DNA of 64,000 bases from Halarcobacter sp. (lineage in GTDB: Bacteria; Campylobacterota; Campylobacteria; Campylobacterales; Arcobacteraceae). Position numbers and translations under genes: made by a program. The stretch lies in contig OY781089.1 in NCBI GenBank assembly GCA_963676565.1, forward strand, positions 96,001 to 160,000, written 5' to 3'. This document shows positions 1 to 8,896 of the stretch, piece after piece. The notes under the pieces are model-generated. The model saw only the letters and a program-made list of their open reading frames with translations. It did no database searches and had not been told where the DNA came from. Each line of letters starts with the position of its first letter. Within the stretch, counting starts at the first letter, position 1.

Positions 1-1
1 T

Positions 2-769
2 CAATTTATCTATACTTTAAAACCTGAACTTTTAAATACCCTTACCTTTGCAATAGTTGAAAGGTTCAATTCTTTAAAACAAAAACAACAAGAGTACTTA
101 AAACAATCCTTTGGTGAAGCTATAAACTTAGTTCACTATGATGATATTAGTAAAGTTAAACTTCCCCATGCCTTTTTAATTGCAAATGAGATATTTGATG
201 CCTTTCCTTGTGAACTTGTTTTCACAAAAGATGATGAACTTCAATTAGGACATGTGCAAAATCACAAAATAGATTTTAAAAAATGTGAAGATAAAAATAT
301 AATTGAACATTGTAAAAAATATAGAATTACAAAAGGTGAAATAGCTATTGGATATAAAGAATTTGCTAATGCAATATGTACTAATATAAAAAAATTTGAA
401 TTTGTAACTTTTGATTATGGTGACAACTATCCTAGAAATGACTTTTCAACTAGAATATATTCTAAACATAAAGTGTTTCCAATATTTGAAGAAAATTTAG
501 ATTTAGATACATTATATGCAAATTCAGATATTACCTATGATGTAGATTTTAAGTACTTAGAAGACTGTTTTAAAGAGTTTGATATAAAATCAGTTGATTA
601 CAAAACTCAAATGGCAACATTAATAGATTTTGGTATTATAGATTTACTGGAAATATTAAAAGAAAATAGTAACGAAAATACTTATTTAAGAGAATCTGCT
701 AAAGTAAAAACTTTACTTGAACCAACTGGTATGGGTGACAGATTCAAAGCTTTAATAGTAAAAAAATAG
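2..769 (+). CDS. SAM-dependent methyltransferase, MidA/NDUFAF7 (DUF185) family, 5'-partial
   Basis: The frame is open from the window edge and includes ANEIFDAFPC upstream of the track's GTG at 254. Also TFDYG, DITYDVDF and GMGDRFK motifs. Confidence 0.8.
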   Translation, partial: QFIYTLKPELLNTLTFAIVERFNSLKQKQQEYLKQSFGEAINLVHYDDISKVKLPHAFLIANEIFDAFPCELVFTKDDELQLGHVQNHKIDFKKCEDKNIIEHCKKYRITKGEIAIGYKEFANAICTNIKKFEFVTFDYGDNYPRNDFSTRIYSKHKVFPIFEENLDLDTLYANSDITYDVDFKYLEDCFKEFDIKSVDYKTQMATLIDFGIIDLLEILKENSNENTYLRESAKVKTLLEPTGMGDRFKALIVKK

Positions 770-791
770 AAAGTTTTTAACTTTCTATTTT
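763..791. terminator. Bidirectional intrinsic terminator-like hairpin between convergent genes
   Basis: AAAATAGAAAGTT-ttt-AACTTTCTATTTT perfect inverted repeat at the convergent stops. Confidence 0.6.
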
Positions 792-1154
792 CTTTAACTC
801 TTCATACTCTTCATCTGTAAAAATTCTAGACCTTGTTAAAAATTGATATCCTTCATCAATCTCAAGTGAAAAAGAGTTACCAAAGGCACCTTTTTCCTCT
901 TTCACATCAACAATTATTTGAGAGTGTCTAAAATATTCAAACTGTTCATGATCAATAAAAAACTCTACACCACAAATTTCACCAAGTTTTACATTTCTAC
1001 TTGGTACATAAAAGTCAGCTTTTTCATAACACATTGGAGATGTTCCATCACAACAACCACCACTTTGATTAAATACTAATTCCCCATTTTTTTCAATTAA
1101 CATCTCAATAACTTTTTGTGCTTCAGGTGTAGCTATTACTCTTCTAATATCCAT
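777..1154 (-). CDS. DUF779 family protein (aldehyde dehydrogenase-associated)
   Basis: QSGGCCDGTSPMCY motif and the usual position downstream of an AldB/ExaC-type ALDH. Confidence 0.88.
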   Translation of the reverse strand: MDIRRVIATPEAQKVIEMLIEKNGELVFNQSGGCCDGTSPMCYEKADFYVPSRNVKLGEICGVEFFIDHEQFEYFRHSQIIVDVKEEKGAFGNSFSLEIDEGYQFLTRSRIFTDEEYEELKKIES

Positions 1155-1257
1155 AACTAATCCTTTGTAATTTTATAATTGCGGGAATTTGTAGAAAATC
1201 CCTTTAAATACAATTTTAGTTAATTTTATTTAAAGAGACTTGAGGTTAGAAAATTAA

Positions 1258-1304
1258 GGCCAGGGAGGCTGAGGAAAGTAAAAAATGGAGGGGCCTCCCT
1301 GGCC
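1258..1304 (-). other. GC-rich 12-bp stem-loop with 23-nt loop in the ALDH-DUF779 intergenic region (terminator, stabiliser or 3'UTR sRNA)
   Basis: GGCCAGGGAGGC (1258-1269) pairs with GCCTCCCTGGCC (1293-1304). It is followed on the minus strand by TTAATTTTCT. Confidence 0.7.
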
Positions 1305-1326
1305 CGCTTTTAAGTTTTAATATCTA

Positions 1327-2820
1327 TTAAAAGAATCCTAAAGCATTTTTGCTGTAAGAAGTTAAGATATTTTTAGTATGTCTATAAGAGTTTAACATCA
1401 TCATGTGAGTTTCTCTACCGATACCAGATTTTTTGTATCCACCAAATGATGCATGTGATGGGTACATGTGGTAACAGTTAACCCAAACTCTACCAGCTTC
1501 AATTCCTCTAGAGAATTTATGTAATTGGTGCGCATCTCTTGACCATACACCTGAACCTAATCCGTAGATAGTATCATTTGCAATCTCTAATGCTTCATCT
1601 TCATCTTTAAATGTAGTTACTGCTAATACAGGTCCAAAAATCTCTTCTTGGAAGATTCTCATTTTATTGTGACCTTTGAAGATTGTTGGTTGAATATAGA
1701 ATCCATTTGGATTTACTTCAGACTCATAAGCATCTCCACCAATTAGACACTCAGCACCCTCTTCTTTACCAATTTTGATATATTCCATAATTTTTTCTTT
1801 TTGGTTAGAAGAACATTGAGCACCCATCATACACTCAGGATCTAATGGATTACCTAATTTAATAGCTGCAACTCTTTCAAGTACTCTTTCCATAAATGGC
1901 TCATAAATTGACTCTTGGATTAATGCTCTTGAAGGACAAGTACAAACCTCACCTGAGTTAAATGCGAATAATACAAGACCTTCAATTGCTTTATCGAAGA
2001 ACTCATCATCAGCATCCATAATTGACTCTAAGAAAATATTTGGAGATTTACCACCAAGTTCTAAAGTAGAAGGGATAATATTCTCAGTTGCATATTGCAT
2101 AATTAATTGACCAGTTGTAGTCTCACCTGTAAATCCTACTTTTTTAACATCTGGGTGAGTTGATAAGAATTTACCAATTTTTCCACCTGAACCATTAATA
2201 ATATTAACTGTACCAGCTGGTAATACTTCTTGAATAGCTTCCATCATTAATAAAATAGACATTGGAGTTGCACTCGCTGGTTTCATAACAACACAGTTAC
2301 CTGCTGCTAATGCAGGAGCTAATTTCCATGCAGCCATTAATAATGGGAAGTTCCATGGAATAATTTGAGCAACAACACCATATGGCTCATAAACCTCTTG
2401 AGAAATAGTATTTTCATCTAAATCAGCAACTGTACCAGCTTCTGATCTAATAACTGATGCAAAATATCTAAAATGATCAACAACTAAAGGAACGTCTGCT
2501 GCTAAAGTTTCTCTTACAGCTTTTCCGTTATCTAGTGTTTCTGCAACTGCTAAACTTTCTAATTTTGCTTCAATTGCATCAGCAACTTTATTTAACATAG
2601 TAGATCTTTCTACTACTGAAGTGTGTTTGTAAGATTCAAAAGCAGTTTTTGCAGCTTGAATTGCTAATTCAACATCTTCTTCATTTGATCTTGGAATTCT
2701 AGTTAATACTTCACCATCAACTGGAGAAATATTATCAAAATACTCACCACTTTTTGGAGCTACCCACTCTCCACCAATAAAGTTCTCATATTGAGGTTTA
2801 AATTCTGGTTTACTATACAT
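1327..2820 (-). CDS. exaC: NAD-dependent aldehyde (acetaldehyde) dehydrogenase, AldB/ExaC/PedI type
   Basis: IIPWNFP, GFTGET, LELGGKSP, catalytic GEVCTC and EEIFGPV motifs. The likely start is ATG 2820 (MYSKPEF) behind an AAGGA RBS; the track's upstream extension is promoter DNA. Confidence 0.9.
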   Translation of the reverse strand: MYSKPEFKPQYENFIGGEWVAPKSGEYFDNISPVDGEVLTRIPRSNEEDVELAIQAAKTAFESYKHTSVVERSTMLNKVADAIEAKLESLAVAETLDNGKAVRETLAADVPLVVDHFRYFASVIRSEAGTVADLDENTISQEVYEPYGVVAQIIPWNFPLLMAAWKLAPALAAGNCVVMKPASATPMSILLMMEAIQEVLPAGTVNIINGSGGKIGKFLSTHPDVKKVGFTGETTTGQLIMQYATENIIPSTLELGGKSPNIFLESIMDADDEFFDKAIEGLVLFAFNSGEVCTCPSRALIQESIYEPFMERVLERVAAIKLGNPLDPECMMGAQCSSNQKEKIMEYIKIGKEEGAECLIGGDAYESEVNPNGFYIQPTIFKGHNKMRIFQEEIFGPVLAVTTFKDEDEALEIANDTIYGLGSGVWSRDAHQLHKFSRGIEAGRVWVNCYHMYPSHASFGGYKKSGIGRETHMMMLNSYRHTKNILTSYSKNALGFF

Positions 2821-2885
2821 ATCTTTTCCTTTATTTTTTAATTGAAAATAAATACTCAAAAGGTATCTATTTTTTGAATATTGAA

Positions 2886-2939
2886 ATCTTACACGAGAAT
2901 TATAGCCTGAATTTAGCGATTGCGTAGCATTAACGTAGC
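2886..2939 (-). promoter_or_regulatory. Promoter with four GCTA direct repeats (11-bp period) and -10 TAAGAT
   Basis: TAGC on + at 2903, 2914, 2925 and 2936. TAAGAT (2891-2886) lies 11 nt past the last repeat. Confidence 0.7.
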
Positions 2940-3031
2940 AATTAGAAAAAAATGGTAACAATACCATGAAATAGGGCTTTTATCAATTGAAATTTTGTTA
3001 AAAAATTAAAAAATTATGCTACACTTTTTTT

Positions 3032-4924
3032 ATGAAAACATATAACTACACATTTTTCAATAACAACTTAACTGATTTAATTGATTATAGTATATTTAAA
3101 GATAAAGAAAATGTTCTAATTCAAATATTTTCTGGTCATGATTCAAGCACATTGGAGTTAATTACAAAAACAGTAATGGATAATATTCCACAGGCAGTAT
3201 GTTTAGGGACAACTACCGATGGAGAGATATGTGAATCAAAAATCTCTACACTTAAAACAATTATATCAATTTCAATTTTTGATAATACATATTTAAAAGC
3301 TTATTATATGAAAGGGGATGACGCATTTAATATAGGATATGAGATTGCACAAAAAGTTATCACCGATAATACAAAGTTAATAATCACTTTTACCGATGGA
3401 ACTGGGACAAATGCTGAAGAGTATTTGAAAGGTATAGAAAAATATGATAATTCTATAATGGTATGTGGTGGTATGGCAGGAGATAATGGAGTATTTAAAC
3501 AAACCTTTATCTCTTTAGGAAAGCAAATCTATCCTAAAGGGTATATAGCAGTTTCACTTAACTCAGATATATTAAAAGTAACAAACGCGAGAAAGTTTGA
3601 TTGGGTTCCAATAGGTTTAGAGCATACAATAGATGAAGTTGATGGAAATAGAATTTATAAAATCTCGGGGATGAGTCCTTCTGAGTTTTATAAAAAATAT
3701 TTAGGTGAGAGTGTTGCGCAAACAGAGTTTCCTTTAATAGTTGAAAGAAATGGGATACCAACAGCAAGAGCAGTACTTGAACAGCACAGAGATGGAAGTT
3801 TAAGTTGTGGAGGAAATTTAAGAAAAGGTGATATAGTTAGACTTGGTTTTGGGGATGCAGAATCTATAATGAATAATCCACTTAGTGCTTTAGATACAAG
3901 TTTTGATCATCCAATTGAAACTTTTTTCTTATATTCTTGTATGGCAAGAAGAAGGTATTTAAGAGAATTAATAAAACTTGAAACACAACCTTTTGCAGTT
4001 ATTGCTCCAACTTCTGGATTTTTTACTTATGCAGAGTTTTTCCATAGAGATGGTCATAATGAATTATTAAATCAAACATTAACAGTAGTAGCATTAAGTG
4101 AACATGATAAAAAAGTTAATGCATTGGAAATTTATCCAGAGAAGAAAACAAAATCAAAAAAAGATGCTGCCTTTGCAAGAACTTTAAGATCTCTTACTCA
4201 CTTAGTACAAAAAAGTACAGATGATTATCAAGACCAATCAAAAAGTTTAAAGGAATCAGAACTTTATGCACAAAACCTGCTAACGTCACAAAAACAATTT
4301 TTAAAACATGCAGTTCATGAAACAAATACACCACTTTCAATAATAATGGCAAACATTGAATTATATGAAATGGAAAATGGTAAAAATCAATACTTATCAA
4401 ATATTGAAGTAGCTATGAAAAATCTTTTTTCTATATATGATGATTTAAGTTATTTAGTAAAAAAAGATCAAATAGATTACCCTGAACATAAAATTGATTT
4501 TAAAGATTTTGTTAGAAGTAGAGTTGAGTTTTTTAACCAAGTTGCAACTAAAGTAAAATCAAAATTTGTTTTTAAAGCACCAAAAGAACCTATGGTTTTA
4601 CATTTTAATGAATCTAAACTACAAAGAATAATTGATAACAATCTTACAAATGCCATAAAATACACTTATGAAAATGAAGATATTTATGTAACATTAAAAA
4701 AAGAAGGAACTCACTTTAAACTTATGGTTTCAAGCCATTCAAAAAAAATCCAAGATCCAGACAAAATCTTTAAAGAATATTATAGAGAAGAGAAATCAAA
4801 AGATGGATTTGGATTGGGATTAAATTTAGTAAAAAGAATTTGTGATGAAGAGGGTGTTGAAATATATTTAGAATCTAACGAATATTTCACATCATTTGTT
4901 TATCTATTTAAAGGGGAAAGATGA
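3032..4924 (+). CDS. Cytoplasmic FIST-domain sensor histidine kinase
   Basis: FIST N/C motifs (GTTTDGEI, GGMAGD, YSCMARR, GFFTYAE), H-box HETNTPL, NNLTNAIKY and GFGLGL. No transmembrane segment seen. Confidence 0.88.
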   Translation: MKTYNYTFFNNNLTDLIDYSIFKDKENVLIQIFSGHDSSTLELITKTVMDNIPQAVCLGTTTDGEICESKISTLKTIISISIFDNTYLKAYYMKGDDAFNIGYEIAQKVITDNTKLIITFTDGTGTNAEEYLKGIEKYDNSIMVCGGMAGDNGVFKQTFISLGKQIYPKGYIAVSLNSDILKVTNARKFDWVPIGLEHTIDEVDGNRIYKISGMSPSEFYKKYLGESVAQTEFPLIVERNGIPTARAVLEQHRDGSLSCGGNLRKGDIVRLGFGDAESIMNNPLSALDTSFDHPIETFFLYSCMARRRYLRELIKLETQPFAVIAPTSGFFTYAEFFHRDGHNELLNQTLTVVALSEHDKKVNALEIYPEKKTKSKKDAAFARTLRSLTHLVQKSTDDYQDQSKSLKESELYAQNLLTSQKQFLKHAVHETNTPLSIIMANIELYEMENGKNQYLSNIEVAMKNLFSIYDDLSYLVKKDQIDYPEHKIDFKDFVRSRVEFFNQVATKVKSKFVFKAPKEPMVLHFNESKLQRIIDNNLTNAIKYTYENEDIYVTLKKEGTHFKLMVSSHSKKIQDPDKIFKEYYREEKSKDGFGLGLNLVKRICDEEGVEIYLESNEYFTSFVYLFKGER

Positions 4925-5583
4925 AAATTTTATTATTAGAAGATGATATTATGCTAAATGAGGCAATAACTCAATATCTTAGAACAGTAGGTCACTCTGT
5001 TCAATCTGTAAAAGATGGAGATGAGTGTCTAAAAAAATTAGATGAAGAAAAATTTGACCTTCTTGTTTTTGATATTAATGTTCCAAGTATTGATGGCCTT
5101 ACTATTTTAGAAGATTTACATAAAAAGAAAAGAATGGTACCAACTATTTTTATTTCTGCACTTATAGATATTGAAGATATCTCAAGGGCCTTTGATATTG
5201 GATGTCATGATTATTTAAAAAAACCATTTCACTTAAAAGAATTAAATCTTAGAATTGAAAAAATTCTAAAAACAAGAACTGCACCAATGAACCATAAAAG
5301 ATTATCAAAATCATACAGTTTTGATAGTGAAAGTATGACATTATATTTTAACAACGAACCACACATCTTACCCAAAAGACAACTTCAAATTATAGAACTA
5401 CTTACAAATAATAGAAGTTTAGTTTGTAACTATGATATGTTTAGGGATTACGTTTGGAATGACGACTTTATTGATAATGCAACAATTAGAGCAGAGGTAA
5501 ATAGAGTTAAAAAAGTTTTAAAAGAGGATTTTATTGTAAATGTTAGAGGTATTGGTTATATGGTTGAAAGACCTAGTTCTTAA
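4921..5583 (+). CDS. OmpR-family DNA-binding response regulator
   Basis: LLEDD, FDINVP and KPF receiver motifs plus a winged-helix C-terminus (NVRGIGY). ATGA overlap with the kinase. Confidence 0.92.
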   Translation: MKILLLEDDIMLNEAITQYLRTVGHSVQSVKDGDECLKKLDEEKFDLLVFDINVPSIDGLTILEDLHKKKRMVPTIFISALIDIEDISRAFDIGCHDYLKKPFHLKELNLRIEKILKTRTAPMNHKRLSKSYSFDSESMTLYFNNEPHILPKRQLQIIELLTNNRSLVCNYDMFRDYVWNDDFIDNATIRAEVNRVKKVLKEDFIVNVRGIGYMVERPSS

Positions 5584-5600
5584 GTAATATACTTAAGAAC
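5576..5600. terminator. Hairpin at convergent stops (response regulator / pqqE)
   Basis: GTTCTTAAGTA-ata-TACTTAAGAAC inverted repeat. Confidence 0.55.
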
Positions 5601-6723
5601 AACAGGTTTGTTTTTCAATAAATTTTAAAGAGTTTTGTTTATTTCTATAAATAGGTTGACTATCACTTTTATTTGCATTCTCAACTATTTTTTTAACAAC
5701 TCCATGATAAGCTGATTTATCACAAACTGGATCTGCTTCATGCATATCTTGTGTTAATGCATATGCTTGGCATCTGCATCCACCAAAATCTTTCTCTTTT
5801 TCAGGACAAGATCTGCATGTTGGATTCATCCATTCATCACCTCTAAAAAAATTAAAAGCTTTTGATTCATACCAAATCTCTTTTACAGAAGACTCCTTTA
5901 CATTTGGAAAATCTATTGGTAAAGTATTTGCAGTATTACATGGAAGAGCTATTCCATCTGGATTAATTGTTAAAAAAGTTGTTCCCCATCCATTCATACA
6001 TGCCTTTGGTCTATTTTCATAATAATCAGGTACTACAAAAAATACTTTCATATCTTTTCTTTTTTCCCTATAAAAATTTGTTACTTCCATAGCCTTGTCA
6101 AGTTGTTCTTTACTTGGTAAAAGAGCATCAACATTTTCTAATGCCCACCCATAGTATTGAATATTTGCAATCTCTAAATAGTTTGCTCCAAGCTCATCAC
6201 AAAACTCAATTATCTCACCAACTTGCTCAATATTTTGTCTTGTGATACAAGTATTTATAATAAGTTGCATACCAAGTTCTTTTACCTCTTTTGCAAAGGC
6301 AATTTTATCTTTCATTGCTGATTTATTGTTTGTAATTAAAGTCATAGTATTTTCATCATGAGACTGAATACCTAATTGAACAGTTTTAAGTCCAGCTTCT
6401 TTTAACTTTTTTAAAACTCCCTTTTCACCACCTACACCAGAAGTGATTAAGTTTGTATAAAATTTTAAATCATTTGCATATCTTACTACATCAACAATAT
6501 CTTTATTTAGTAAAGGTTCACCACCTGAAATTCCTAATTGAACAGCCCCTAAAGCTCTAGTTTCATCTAAAACTTTAAACCAATCTTCTTTACTCATACC
6601 ATCTTTTGTATTTGCAAAATCTAATTGATTATAACAATAAGTACACTCTAAAGGGCATTTGTGAGTTAACTCTAAAAGTACCCACAAAGGTGGTTTAATC
6701 CCCGACTTTTCATTAGTTGACAT
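5593..6723 (-). CDS. pqqE: PqqA peptide cyclase, radical SAM/SPASM
   Basis: PPLWVLLELTHKCPLECTYCYN, RPKACMNGWG and DFGGCRCQA motifs. Confidence 0.95.
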   Translation of the reverse strand: MSTNEKSGIKPPLWVLLELTHKCPLECTYCYNQLDFANTKDGMSKEDWFKVLDETRALGAVQLGISGGEPLLNKDIVDVVRYANDLKFYTNLITSGVGGEKGVLKKLKEAGLKTVQLGIQSHDENTMTLITNNKSAMKDKIAFAKEVKELGMQLIINTCITRQNIEQVGEIIEFCDELGANYLEIANIQYYGWALENVDALLPSKEQLDKAMEVTNFYREKRKDMKVFFVVPDYYENRPKACMNGWGTTFLTINPDGIALPCNTANTLPIDFPNVKESSVKEIWYESKAFNFFRGDEWMNPTCRSCPEKEKDFGGCRCQAYALTQDMHEADPVCDKSAYHGVVKKIVENANKSDSQPIYRNKQNSLKFIEKQTCCS

Positions 6724-6982
6724 AATTTACCCACTTTCTATCAAAGGCTTCATCAAAAAATGCTTCCACATCTTTTTCTAATCCTGACATCTCAAACTTT
6801 TTTTCCAATGTTGAAACTATTTCATTAAAATTCTTAGTTCCATCACATTGGTTCATTATTTCACCAGCACTTTGATTTAGTTGAACCATACCTTCTGGGT
6901 ATAATAAAACAAAACAATCTTGTGCTTGCTCAAATTGTAATTGAAAGTGTTCATTCACTACAATTAATTTTTCTTTGTTCAT
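6713..6982 (-). CDS. pqqD: PqqA-binding chaperone (RiPP recognition element)
   Basis: [19 protein letters not shown] motif, between pqqC and pqqE. Start chosen by RBS spacing. Confidence 0.9.
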   Translation of the reverse strand: MNKEKLIVVNEHFQLQFEQAQDCFVLLYPEGMVQLNQSAGEIMNQCDGTKNFNEIVSTLEKKFEMSGLEKDVEAFFDEAFDRKWVNYVN

Positions 6983-7709
6983 TTTCATAACCTTCAATAT
7001 TGAAATACGGTGGTCTTTTTAATTCGTATGCCAAATATAAAGCATCACACATAGTCCAAAGTATATCAAGTTTAAACTGTAAAATTTCAAAAGCTTTATT
7101 TTGAAGTTCAACTGTATTAAACTCTTCTAAAGTGATTGAAAGTCCATGTTGAACATCCCTTCTTGCTTCACTCAATCTTTTTTGGAAATATCTCAAACCT
7201 TTTGCTTCAATCCAAGGATAATTATCTGGCCATGTACTTAATCTTTGTTGGTGAATTTGAGGTGCAAACATCTCAGTTAAAGATGACATTGCAGCTTCTT
7301 TCCAAGGTCTTTGTTTTGCAAAGTTAATATAAGCATCTACTGCAAATTTAACTGATGGTAAAACATATTTATGAGAAATTAAATCCTCTTTATTTAATCC
7401 AACAGCTTCACCTAATTCAAGCCAAGCTTCAATTCCACCACCAACACTATCATGGTCAATAATTCTATCAATCCATTTTCTTCTATCTTCTAAAGGTGGG
7501 TTATTTGACATAATTGCTGCATCTTTAATTGGAATTGCTGTTTGATAATAAAATCTATTTGCTACCCAGCCTTGGATTTCCTCTTTTGTACAATCCCCTT
7601 GATACATTCTAATATGAAATGGATGGTGAATGTGATACATATCACCCATACCTCTTAACTTTGCTTCAAACTCTTCTTTACTTAGTAATTCACTCATTTT
7701 TTTTGTCAT
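6951..7709 (-). CDS. pqqC: Pyrroloquinoline-quinone synthase
   Basis: [36 protein letters not shown] and FKLDILW motifs. Confidence 0.96.
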   Translation of the reverse strand: MTKKMSELLSKEEFEAKLRGMGDMYHIHHPFHIRMYQGDCTKEEIQGWVANRFYYQTAIPIKDAAIMSNNPPLEDRRKWIDRIIDHDSVGGGIEAWLELGEAVGLNKEDLISHKYVLPSVKFAVDAYINFAKQRPWKEAAMSSLTEMFAPQIHQQRLSTWPDNYPWIEAKGLRYFQKRLSEARRDVQHGLSITLEEFNTVELQNKAFEILQFKLDILWTMCDALYLAYELKRPPYFNIEGYENEQRKINCSE

Positions 7710-7772
7710 TCTTCTTCTCCTTATTTAATGTCAAATTTTTTATTTTTTTATAAAAAGAAATAAATATATTCT

Positions 7773-8690
7773 TTATATATCTATTCTCATCCCATCATAA
7801 GAAACTTCAATCCCATGGGAAATAAGTTCTTTATATTCAGGATTTTCTTCATCTAAGATTGGATTTGTATTGTTAATATGAATTAATATTTTTCGTGGTT
7901 TTTCTAAAGTATCTAAAATTTTAATAAGCCCTTCTTCTCCACTTAAAGGGATATGCCCCATATCAGTGCCTAATTTAGTAGAAAACTTACCTTTTATCAT
8001 CTCATCATTTGTCCAAAGGGTTCCTTCTATTAAAAGAACATCTGCATTTCGCATCTCTTCAAAAACATGATCTTCCATAACCCCAAGACCAGGAAGATAA
8101 AACAATCTTTTTCCTGTATTTTTATTTACAACTGTAATTCCAATATTATCACCCTTTCTTGGATGATCTCTATGTGGTGAATATGGTGGTGCATTTGAAA
8201 TAAGTGCATGGGCATAAAACTCATATGAAGGCATCACTGGTATTTCAAATTTTGTAGTAGAATCTGGCAAGATTTCATGCCAAACAGTTCCTCCACCATC
8301 CCAATGTTGTAACATTTTCATAGTAGGAAATGATGAATTCAATTCTTCATTTACCTCTTTTGTACAATAAATTTGGTGAGGACAACCTTCCCTTAACATA
8401 AGTAAACCAGTTGTATGGTCTATTTGAGCATCGTTAAATACGATTGCTTTAATTTTAGTTTCTCTTTTTTTTGTTGGATGTAAAAAAGGTGAATTATGAA
8501 TTTGCTCTAAAATATCTGGGCTAGTATTAAGTAAAACCCAGTTCTCACCATCTTCACTAATAGTAATTGAACTTTGAGTTCTTTTTTTTATACTTTTTTT
8601 GCCTTCTCTGTAACCTTTACAATTGTCACAGTTACAATTAAATTGTGGTAAGCCACCACCTGCACCTGAACCTAGAACTTGAATCCTCAC
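7773..8690 (-). CDS. pqqB: PQQ biosynthesis protein B (metallo-beta-lactamase fold hydroxylase)
   Basis: VLGSGAGGGLPQFNCNCDNC, RTQSS, DHTTGL and LIHINNTNPIL motifs. Likely GTG start at 8690 after AAAGGA. Confidence 0.94.
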   Translation of the reverse strand: MRIQVLGSGAGGGLPQFNCNCDNCKGYREGKKSIKKRTQSSITISEDGENWVLLNTSPDILEQIHNSPFLHPTKKRETKIKAIVFNDAQIDHTTGLLMLREGCPHQIYCTKEVNEELNSSFPTMKMLQHWDGGGTVWHEILPDSTTKFEIPVMPSYEFYAHALISNAPPYSPHRDHPRKGDNIGITVVNKNTGKRLFYLPGLGVMEDHVFEEMRNADVLLIEGTLWTNDEMIKGKFSTKLGTDMGHIPLSGEEGLIKILDTLEKPRKILIHINNTNPILDEENPEYKELISHGIEVSYDGMRIDI

Positions 8691-8751
8691 AATATATCCT
8701 TTCATTTTTCCTCAAAGAAAAAAATTCCCACATTTTTTTGTTTGAAGAAAA

Positions 8752-8773
8752 GACTAGAGCAAAAGCTCTAGTC
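8752..8773 (-). terminator. Hairpin between pqqA and pqqB
   Basis: GACTAGAGC-TTTT-GCTCTAGTC followed by TTTTCTT on the minus strand, 12 nt after the pqqA stop. Confidence 0.75.
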
Positions 8774-8785
8774 AAGTTTAAAAAA

Positions 8786-8860
8786 TTACTTTGTACAAAT
8801 GTACATAGTAACTTCAAAACCAAATCTGTTATCTACGAATGTAGGTGTTTCCCATTTCAT
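8786..8860 (-). CDS. pqqA: PQQ precursor peptide PqqA, MKWETPTFVDNRFGFEVTMYICTK (24 aa; absent from the ORF track)
   Basis: Hand translation gives the W.xP..RFGFEVTMY core with ExxxY. AGGAGG RBS at 8874-8869, directly upstream of pqqB. Confidence 0.96.
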   Translation of the reverse strand: MKWETPTFVDNRFGFEVTMYICTK

Positions 8861-8896
8861 TTTAGTTACCTCCTTTTTTGATTTTCAGATTAACTA

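Noticed and set aside
2903..2939. Periodic TAGC repeats as a CRISPR or tandem repeat
   Set aside because: Only 4-bp units at an 11-bp period, with no spacers or cas genes. Better explained as regulator binding sites.
2821..2967. 49-aa N-terminal extension of the ALDH in the ORF track
   Set aside because: It covers the promoter and GCTA repeats. The family-like sequence and RBS begin at ATG 2820.
8638..8881. 61-aa (-) and 78-aa (+) ORFs between pqqB and pedH
   Set aside because: Shadow frames overlapping the real pqqA, its hairpin and the pqqB start.
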